Shown one piece after another: positions 57,406 to 64,000 of a stretch of DNA of 64,000 bases. The notes beneath the pieces are model-generated. The model searched no databases. It worked only from the letters and a program-made list of their open reading frames with translations, and was not told the DNA's origin. This DNA is from a bacterium (lineage in GTDB: Bacteria; Patescibacteriota; CPR2; UBA1875; JAJYID01): contig JAUSJO010000002.1 in NCBI GenBank assembly GCA_030647205.1, forward strand, positions 113,112 to 177,111, in the 5' to 3' direction. Numbering within the stretch: the first letter of the stretch is position 1; each line of letters begins with the position of its first letter. The position numbers were made by a program, and so were the translations under genes.

Positions 57406-58386
57406 GTGATTGATGCAGTTCAAGAAAGGAAAACGACTCTTTCTTCTGCCTATGAAATGGGCTTGAAGCTTCTTGGCGACTCTTATAAAGAGGGAAAAAT
57501 ATTTTCATCTCTACCTAAGGCTGGTGATCCTTTTTCGGATCTTGAACTTTTGAGCGTTCTTGCTCTTACACCGGCAATGAGACAGGAGATTTTAAATAAA
57601 TATCTATACCACAGTAAAATATTTAGTCTGGCTACGACTGGTATTATGGCTTGGGTTGTAATAAATACAATGGAGGAGTTTGGGGAAAACGAAAAAGTTG
57701 GCCTAGAAAAATACTTTTCTGTTTGCGAGGAATATTTTGACAAGACTATAAATACTGACGGGATTTTGCCGACAGATTCGAGTGGAAACTGGATGCAAAG
57801 TGCTGATAGGGTCGGGGCCTTGATAGAAAATCAGGCCTATTATGCGAAAATTTTGGATGTTCTTTCTCTGCTGACCGATGACGACATGTATGAATTCAAG
57901 AAAAAAAGGCTTACAAGGGCAGTGCGGGATAAACTTGATGGTGCATATGTTTTAGATAAGAAGGATTCGATGGAAACCAGGCCAAACAACTTTATCACTG
58001 CTTTTTTAGCTCCTGAACTTTTTAAGAAGGATGATTGGCAGAAGACTTTTGATGTGGTGCTAAAGGAGGGTGAACTTTGGCAGGGCTGGGGCGGGCTTAC
58101 CACCTTAGGTCAGTCAGATCCGAGCTATAACCCTGAGCGCGATGGGGAGAGCTGGTTTTTTATAAATAATATGGCGGGGATAGTATTATCCAAACTTGAT
58201 AGTGAAAAATATGCCGATAAGATTCAGGCAATTTTAAGGTCTTCGGCAGAAAATGCCTCATGGCAGGAACACTCCGGCAGGCCCTGCGAAGTTACATTTA
58301 CTACTGACAGACAGATTAAAGTCCAGGGTCTTTATGGCCTTTCTCTTGCAACCTATATTTACCTTTATCGAATTTTGAATCCTTAA
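57406..58386 (+). CDS. hypothetical protein, possibly alpha/alpha-toroid (six-hairpin glycosidase-like)
   Basis: 326 aa, Trp-rich helical protein inserted between ruvC and ruvA. Fold assignment speculative. Confidence 0.45.
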   Translation: MIDAVQERKTTLSSAYEMGLKLLGDSYKEGKIFSSLPKAGDPFSDLELLSVLALTPAMRQEILNKYLYHSKIFSLATTGIMAWVVINTMEEFGENEKVGLEKYFSVCEEYFDKTINTDGILPTDSSGNWMQSADRVGALIENQAYYAKILDVLSLLTDDDMYEFKKKRLTRAVRDKLDGAYVLDKKDSMETRPNNFITAFLAPELFKKDDWQKTFDVVLKEGELWQGWGGLTTLGQSDPSYNPERDGESWFFINNMAGIVLSKLDSEKYADKIQAILRSSAENASWQEHSGRPCEVTFTTDRQIKVQGLYGLSLATYIYLYRILNP

Positions 58387-58476
58387 CAAGATATTCTAAA
58401 AATTATACTTCTATGTTATATTCCTAAGTAAATTTCCTTAGCACTATTTCAATTTCTATAGAAAGCGGGGACGCAC

Positions 58477-58689
58477 TTGGACGCACACAATATCGTATGG
58501 GAAGAGCGCCAGAAAGGGAAAAGGATTTTTAAATTTGGTGTTTTTCTCAACACCCTAGTTTTTGTCGTAATTGGTATCACAGACGACAAAGCAGGTCTTT
58601 GGATAGCTGCTCTTATCATGGCAACCTCCTTGCTTTATAAAGTTCACAAGGAGGTTAGGATAGCGTTCATGAGAGGGAATAATCGCTAG
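58477..58689 (+). CDS. small membrane protein
   Basis: 70 aa with two hydrophobic segments. Confidence 0.3.
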   Translation: MDAHNIVWEERQKGKRIFKFGVFLNTLVFVVIGITDDKAGLWIAALIMATSLLYKVHKEVRIAFMRGNNR

Positions 58690-59002
58690 GAGAGATAATG
58701 GATTATGGAAAGGTAGTTCTTCCGTTCATGGTTCTAGTTATTGCTGTTTTTCTCTGGATCTTGGGGCATGTGTTCTAGGATTTATAGGAAACAGGGGTAA
58801 TAAAAGGGGGCTATCATGAAACTTCTAATGTCCATCTTTAGATGTACTTCATGTTGTGAGGCTGCGAACGCTGTGGAGATAACTCTCAAACATGCTTTTC
58901 TTCTCTGGCTTTTATGGGCTTTGGTAACATTGCCGTCATTTGAGGCGGAGATGCATTGGCACTTCCTTTAGCGGGCAATGAGTAGGGGTACCCCTTAGAG
59001 AA

Positions 59003-59028
59003 AGCTCCCTGTTTTAGGGAGCTTTTTT
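59003..59028 (+). terminator. rho-independent terminator upstream of ruvA
   Basis: AAAGCTCCCT-gttt-TAGGGAGCTTTTTT. Confidence 0.6.
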
Positions 59029-59029
59029 C

Positions 59030-59045
59030 TTTTGTATACTAGAAT
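59030..59045 (+). promoter_or_regulatory. TTTTGTATACTAGAAT motif (candidate SOS operator / promoter element) upstream of ruvA
   Basis: Same 16-mer as at 60271. Core 12-mer shared with the lexA upstream sites. Confidence 0.4.
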
Positions 59046-59094
59046 TCGTTTTGGGATTCAGTTAAGATTTAGATAATATAAACGAGAATTTACT

Positions 59095-59661
59095 ATGATT
59101 GCTAGTTTGCGTGGGAAAGTAGTCCAAAAAAGAGCTGATAGCCTAGTTGTCGAGATGAATGGAGTTGGCTATAAAGTTATTTGTCCTGTTTCAGTTTTAG
59201 AGTCTGCAAAAGTTGATGACGAAATATTTTTAAATACTTACACTCATGTTCGAGAAGATATTTTGGCTTTGTATGGCTTTTTGACTGCAGATGACCTAGC
59301 GCTTTTTGAGCTTTTAATAAGCGTTTCCGGAGTTGGGCCGAAAGCGGCGGTAAATATTTTGTCTGCTGCAAGTTCTGAAAAAATTCGTAGTTCTATCCAA
59401 AAACAAGATCCAGGAATTCTTTTCTCTGTTTCGGGGATTGGCAAAAAAACAGCCGAGAAAATCGTTGTAGAACTTAAAAATAAACTTGGTGCAAGTGATG
59501 CTTTGTACGCGCCATCTTCAGAAACGGATGATCTCTATCAGGCGCTTAGCGATTTAGGATTTAAGCCGAATGAAATCAGTACTGCGATATCGAAAATTCC
59601 CGAAGATCTTGAAACGACAGAAGAGAAGCTGAAGTTTGTTTTGAAAGAGATTAAAAAGTAG
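59095..59661 (+). CDS. ruvA: Holliday junction DNA helicase RuvA
   Basis: MIASLRGKV...GVGYKV...ISVSGVGPKAA HhH motifs. Confidence 0.9.
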   Translation: MIASLRGKVVQKRADSLVVEMNGVGYKVICPVSVLESAKVDDEIFLNTYTHVREDILALYGFLTADDLALFELLISVSGVGPKAAVNILSAASSEKIRSSIQKQDPGILFSVSGIGKKTAEKIVVELKNKLGASDALYAPSSETDDLYQALSDLGFKPNEISTAISKIPEDLETTEEKLKFVLKEIKK

Positions 59662-59752
59662 TAATTTCCCCTGTTTTTTGGTAAAATTAGGAGCACTAGG
59701 AGGTCGCTCCTTTTTATTTTTGTTTTGCACATTCCAACTGAGTGGAGGGAAA

Positions 59753-60238
59753 ATGTTTGGATATTTTAACGGAGCCTGTTTGCCAGTATACTGGTTAGGT
59801 CGGTTAATGGAGATTCTAAGCAGCTTTGGCAACGAAAACGATCAAGATCTAGAAGAAGCAACACAGGCAGTAGCAGAAAGAATCGCAGATATGGTTTGTT
59901 CGCGAGGTATCCTCAATGACACTATTTGGATGAAAACTGTTAACAGCGAGTATTCCCAGAGGTTTAGTGGTTTATGTGAACTGTTGCCAACGGTTAACAT
60001 CTCAGATTGGAAAAAACTAGCTATCTGTAGAGGACTAGACAAAGCGGCTGACATAATTGAAGAAACAATAGAAACTAAGTTGAAAGAAGAGAAAACAAGG
60101 CTTATTGGCGACCATTTAACGGAAGAGTCAGAAGAGTTTCACCGTTCTAGGCATGAGGCCGAATTTCATGTTTTCAACAAACATTGTAGTAAGGTACCTG
60201 TCGTTGTTGGGATCCAAACCAGATTTTCTTATGAGTAG
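59753..60238 (+). CDS. hypothetical protein inserted between ruvA and ruvB
   Basis: 161 aa from MFGYFNGACL. Preceded by the hairpin GGAGC...GCTCC followed by a T-run. Confidence 0.45.
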   Translation: MFGYFNGACLPVYWLGRLMEILSSFGNENDQDLEEATQAVAERIADMVCSRGILNDTIWMKTVNSEYSQRFSGLCELLPTVNISDWKKLAICRGLDKAADIIEETIETKLKEEKTRLIGDHLTEESEEFHRSRHEAEFHVFNKHCSKVPVVVGIQTRFSYE

Positions 60239-60270
60239 ATGCAAGGCAAAAGGGCTCCGAAAGGAGCCCA

Positions 60271-60286
60271 TTTTGTATACTAGAAT
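60271..60286 (+). promoter_or_regulatory. TTTTGTATACTAGAAT motif upstream of ruvB
   Basis: Identical 16-mer to 59030-59045. Preceded by the hairpin GGGCTCC-gaaa-GGAGCCC. Confidence 0.4.
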
Positions 60287-60319
60287 TAATTTTCACTTTA
60301 ATGTTAATATTATCTTGTC

Positions 60320-61354
60320 ATGAAACTAGATAAAGATCACATACTAGATTCGGAAGAATTTGAGGGCGAGGAGAAGTTTGAGGAAACTCTCCGACCGAAG
60401 AAATTCTCCGAGTACATCGGACAGAACCAAGTTAAGGATAACTTGAAGATTACCATTGAAGCGGCAAAAAAGCGCAAAGAACCTATAGACCACGCCTTGC
60501 TTTATGGACCTCCTGGCCTTGGCAAAACCACGCTATCTAATGTTATTGCTAATGAAGTTGGTGTCTCCATAAAAGCGACAAGCGGCCCGGCGATAGAGCG
60601 CGCCGGCGACTTAGCGTCTATTCTCACGAATTTACAGGAAAATGACATATTATTCATCGATGAAATTCATCGGTTGAATACTGTTGTCGAGGAAATCCTC
60701 TATCCGGCGATGGAAGATTTTGTACTTGATATCATTATCGGCAAAGGGCCATCAGCACGATCGGTAAGGCTGGATTTACCAAAGTTCACGATCATTGGCG
60801 CGACAACTCGTATGGGGCTTCTCTCTTCCCCGCTTCGCGATAGATTTGGCCTGGTTCATCGATTAGAATTCTACGAGCCGGAGGATATCAAAAAGATTAT
60901 CAAGCGCTCGGCAAGCATACTTAAAATTAAAGTCGATGAAAAAGGCTCAGAGGAAATAGCCAAAAGAGCCAGAAGAACACCGAGAATTGCCAATCGTCTT
61001 TTAAAGAGGGTGCGTGATTTTGCCGAGGTGAAGGGTAAAGGAGAGATTACGGAGGATATCGCATGTCAGGCTTTGGAAATGCTTGAAGTGGACGAGGTAG
61101 GTCTTGATAATACAGATAGGACATTGCTTGAAACGATAATCCATAAGTTCAAAGGCGGACCGGTTGGCCTAAATACTTTGGCTGCGGCGACCAATGAAGA
61201 GATTGACACTATCGAAGAAGTCTACGAACCGTATCTTATCCAAATGGGATTTTTGGAACGAACTCCCCGGGGGAGAAAAGCGACTTCTCGTGCCTATGAT
61301 CATTTGAAGATAATAGAGAAAGTTAAAACAAAAGATCAGGGGAAGCTATTGTAG
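60320..61354 (+). CDS. ruvB: Holliday junction DNA helicase RuvB
   Basis: [20 protein letters not shown] Walker A, AAA+ and winged-helix domains. Confidence 0.95.
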   Translation: MKLDKDHILDSEEFEGEEKFEETLRPKKFSEYIGQNQVKDNLKITIEAAKKRKEPIDHALLYGPPGLGKTTLSNVIANEVGVSIKATSGPAIERAGDLASILTNLQENDILFIDEIHRLNTVVEEILYPAMEDFVLDIIIGKGPSARSVRLDLPKFTIIGATTRMGLLSSPLRDRFGLVHRLEFYEPEDIKKIIKRSASILKIKVDEKGSEEIAKRARRTPRIANRLLKRVRDFAEVKGKGEITEDIACQALEMLEVDEVGLDNTDRTLLETIIHKFKGGPVGLNTLAAATNEEIDTIEEVYEPYLIQMGFLERTPRGRKATSRAYDHLKIIEKVKTKDQGKLL

Positions 61355-61377
61355 TGTATAATTCTGACCTCTCTCTG

Positions 61378-61430
61378 TCATTCTGACGAAGGAAGAATCT
61401 AGATCCTTCGTGCCTCAGGATGACGAAGTA
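61378..61430 (+). repeat. GTCATTC-type hairpin repeat after ruvB
   Basis: GTCATTCTGACGAAGGAAGAATCTAG plus the complementary TCCTTCGTGCCTCAGGATGACGAAG. Confidence 0.5.
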
Positions 61431-61499
61431 GTAGCTAATGTGATAAGTAGAAAAAATCCTTTGCAATAGGAGAAAAGTCAATTATAATTTAAAACGCTT

Positions 61500-62729
61500 A
61501 TGCTTAAAAAATATTTATTCGTGGGATTCTTTTTATTTTGGGTGCTTTTGTGTCCATTTTTTGCCGTGAACTCTTCCAAAGTTTTTGCTGCGTCAAAATG
61601 TGATGGTGTCATTATCTCAGAATTTATGCCATACCCTGCATCGGGAAGCGAGTGGGTTGAAGTTTTTAATACTAATGAATACCAAACTGATATTAGTGAA
61701 TGTTCATTGGCCGACTCTTTGGATACTCCTAGCCACCGTTATGACATTCCTGATGGAACGATTGTCGAATCGAAGGGTTACTTTGTCTTTTATGACAACT
61801 TTTATCTTAATAATGACGGTCCAGACAAAGCACGGTTGTTGTCTGCCGGCAACGAAACAGTTTCTGAACGAAGCTATAACAAACCAATCCCAAAGGGCCA
61901 AAGCTATGTATTTAATGGAACTTCTTGGGAGTGGACAAAAGATGTGACCCCGGGGTTTGAGAAAAGTGCCGGCGGGACGGATACCCCTGTTGATAGCGGG
62001 AGCGGGAATACTTGCGAGGGATTGATAGTTTCTGAGCTTATGCCGGATCCTGCATCCCCGCTTACTGACGCTGATGATGAATGGATAGAGATTTATAACG
62101 AAAGTGGCGAACCGGTAAATGCCGGCGGGTGTATATTAACCGATACTCAAAAGGCAGGCTCTACTCATGAATACAAAATAGCAGGAGGGACGCTTGCGCC
62201 GGGTGGGTTTATGGTTTTTTACTCTAAGGATACAAAGATTAGTCTGAACAATGACGGCGACAATGTCAGAATTCTTTCGCCGGATAAAAAAGTGATATTT
62301 GAAACCCAGAATTATGGTAAGGCCCAAGCCGGACAGTCTTGGGCATATGATGGTGATAAATGGGCCTGGACGGCTGCTCCGACTGCGGGCGCGCTAAATG
62401 TGATAGAAATCCTCGAGGAGACTTCGGTTGCGAAAACAAGTTCGAAGAAAACAGCCTCTAATAAGCGAAAGACCACTGCCTCAAAACCCAAAACAACTTC
62501 AAAACCCGTTTCGAAAACTGCAAGTCCAAAGAAAAAATCAGCTGATGGAGCTGAGGTGCTTGGTGCGAACACTGAAGATGAGGATTCGATCCAGGGAAAA
62601 GTGAATGACAAGGTCATGGGTTATGTCCTTGTTACCCTTGCCGGAGTGCTTCTGGTCGGGTATGTTATATACATAAATAAAGATTTTATCTATGAAAATA
62701 GTATCAAAAAGTTCAGACGAGACGGTTAG
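61500..62729 (+). CDS. secreted protein with two lamin-tail-like (LTD) repeats, Ser/Thr/Lys-rich linker and C-terminal TM anchor
   Basis: Two repeats: CDGVIISEFMPYPASGSEWVEVFN and CEGLIVSELMPDPAS...DEWIEIYN. Then KTSSKKTASNKRK... and a C-terminal TM. Confidence 0.6.
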   Translation: MLKKYLFVGFFLFWVLLCPFFAVNSSKVFAASKCDGVIISEFMPYPASGSEWVEVFNTNEYQTDISECSLADSLDTPSHRYDIPDGTIVESKGYFVFYDNFYLNNDGPDKARLLSAGNETVSERSYNKPIPKGQSYVFNGTSWEWTKDVTPGFEKSAGGTDTPVDSGSGNTCEGLIVSELMPDPASPLTDADDEWIEIYNESGEPVNAGGCILTDTQKAGSTHEYKIAGGTLAPGGFMVFYSKDTKISLNNDGDNVRILSPDKKVIFETQNYGKAQAGQSWAYDGDKWAWTAAPTAGALNVIEILEETSVAKTSSKKTASNKRKTTASKPKTTSKPVSKTASPKKKSADGAEVLGANTEDEDSIQGKVNDKVMGYVLVTLAGVLLVGYVIYINKDFIYENSIKKFRRDG

Positions 62730-63141
62730 CTTAGGTCAGAAGTTAGGTGAGCAGCTTAAGGGAGGTGAGGTGGTTGCTCTTTATGGTGATCTCGGCGGAG
62801 GAAAAACGCAGTTCACAAAAGGAATTGCCAAGGGACTAGGAATAGAAGATGATATTTTCTCTCCTACGTTTGTGATTCGCAGAGATTGTAAGGGCAAAGA
62901 GTTGAGCTTGCTTCACTATGATTTTTATAGGTTTGAAGTACCGGATGAAGAACTGATTGAAAGTTTAGAAGAAGGGATAAATCCTGAAAATGTGACGGTT
63001 ATAGAGTGGGCGGAAAGAGTTGAAAAATATTTGCCAGAAAACACGATTAAAGTTGTATTCCGTTACATCTCAGAAAGTGAAAGAGAAATAGAGATTGAAG
63101 GTAATGGTTTTAGTGCTGTCATTCCGACCGACCCTACTTAA
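62692..63141 (+). CDS. tsaE: tRNA t6A biosynthesis ATPase TsaE
   Basis: VALYGDLGGGKTQFTKGIAKGLGI P-loop. C-terminal codons VIPTDPT lie within a GTCATTC hairpin. Confidence 0.85.
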   Translation: MKIVSKSSDETVSLGQKLGEQLKGGEVVALYGDLGGGKTQFTKGIAKGLGIEDDIFSPTFVIRRDCKGKELSLLHYDFYRFEVPDEELIESLEEGINPENVTVIEWAERVEKYLPENTIKVVFRYISESEREIEIEGNGFSAVIPTDPT

Positions 63142-63162
63142 GTAGCGAGTAGAGGAATCCCT
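63118..63162 (+). repeat. GTCATTCCGA-type hairpin overlapping the tsaE 3' end
   Basis: GTCATTCCGACCGACCCTACTTAAGTAGCGAGTAGAGGAATCCC, related to the hairpin at 51319. Confidence 0.5.
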
Positions 63163-63172
63163 TTCTTTCAAA

Positions 63173-63352
63173 ATTATTTTCCACTTTTTTAGAAAAAGTG
63201 GAGTAAAAATCGCGACTTAGACGGTCTCTCAAAGTATCGTCTGGTTCGTTTTCTCATGTTTAAAAAAATTAACTCGCTAATCGCTCAAACAAAATTATTT
63301 TTAAAGGATCGTTCACTCCCAGACTTTCTTTTCGAGCCGATAGTCGCATCAA
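63173..63352 (+). repeat. ~200-bp intergenic repeat element, copy 5 (subtype B, truncated 3' end)
   Basis: 5' palindrome and middle match copy 3. Arm variant GCGACT...AGTCGC. Lacks the terminal CCCTTTGAAAAAATC box. Confidence 0.8.
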
Positions 63353-63402
63353 AGTGATGTTGCCTTTTTCTTGAAATCGCAAGAAAGTGTTAAAATAAAG
63401 TT

Positions 63403-63807
63403 ATGAAAAATAGTTTAGTTATAGATACGTCAGATAGAGTGGCTCGGCTTGGGATTTTTCAGGATGATAAGCTGGCTGACAAAATCGAGTGGGAAGCACA
63501 TCGGGAACTTTCAAAGACATTTTATACAAAATTGGATGAGCTTTTGGGGCGGAATAGTTTAAGCTGTAACGATTTGAGTTCTATAATCGTCGTTCGTGGA
63601 CCGGGATCTTTCACCGGGCTTAGGATTGGCATAGTTATAGTAAATGCATTCTCATATTCACTGGGTGTTGAAACTGCCGGTGTGATTCAAAAAGAGAAGA
63701 TGCCTTTAGAAGAGATTTATAATGTCGGCAAAAAAGATCTCAAAAAGGGGCAAATTATCGAGCCGTTTTACGGTCGCGAACCGAACATCACGACCAAAAA
63801 GAAGTAA
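63403..63807 (+). CDS. tsaB: tRNA t6A biosynthesis protein TsaB (short form)
   Basis: LVIDTSDRVARLGIF...GPGSFTGLRIGIVIVNAF N-terminal ASKHA motifs. Confidence 0.8.
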   Translation: MKNSLVIDTSDRVARLGIFQDDKLADKIEWEAHRELSKTFYTKLDELLGRNSLSCNDLSSIIVVRGPGSFTGLRIGIVIVNAFSYSLGVETAGVIQKEKMPLEEIYNVGKKDLKKGQIIEPFYGREPNITTKKK

Positions 63808-64000
63808 TTTCATGGTTGAAAAATGGGCAAGAAGAGAGTATAGTGGGGGCAGTAAATTAAAAAATTAAATTTACCGATAATGACTAAATTTTACAGGATC
63901 TAAACTAAAATATGACTCAAAACTCTTATACATTTTGACTTAGCAGAGGTATTTTTAGTTATTTCTCGGTACTAGAAACAAAGAGGTGGAAAGATGGAAC

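Overview
This 64 kb window looks like a low-GC (~38%) bacterial chromosome segment, most likely from a CPR/Patescibacteria-like or other monoderm lineage. That taxonomic guess is an inference from gene content. Genes are mostly on the + strand. Recognisable housekeeping genes include a uracil-DNA glycosylase (family 4), RNase J, ftsK, a RodZ-like gene and yajQ. There is a lexA-X-recA-recX SOS module, then rpsF-ssb-rpsR-efp, tlyA, ychF, a CDF transporter, and a complete type IV pilus locus (pilMNO-pilB-pilT-pilC-pilA). A convergent glycan-synthesis block (three glycosyltransferases, a Wzx flippase, an initiating sugar transferase and a Wzy_C/TPR O-antigen-ligase-like protein) is embedded in the pilus locus. 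It is followed by two further pilins, the prepilin peptidase and four pseudopilins. After that come xerC, a split comEC plus metallo-beta-lactamase gene, a response regulator, a tRNA(CAT), a tusA-like gene, a yebC-ruvC...ruvA...ruvB cluster interrupted by unrelated ORFs, and tsaE/tsaB. The most unusual content is as follows. (1) Six tandem, translationally coupled, divergent paralogues of a small two-TM protein with a conserved Cys-Pro loop and a YGFPW motif. (2) A ~200 bp intergenic repeat in five same-strand copies, with compensatory base changes between its two arms. (3) A family of GTCATTC-type hairpins that flank two GIY-YIG mini-nuclease genes as inverted repeats, precede each 200 bp repeat, and supply the C-terminal codons of several host genes. 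(4) A recurring TTTTGTATACTA motif upstream of lexA, ruvA and ruvB that may be an SOS operator. (5) A GC-rich (~50-55%) first 3.7 kb that carries a triple-DUF350 membrane protein and a membrane-anchored spermidine-synthase-like gene. No CRISPR array or rRNA was seen.
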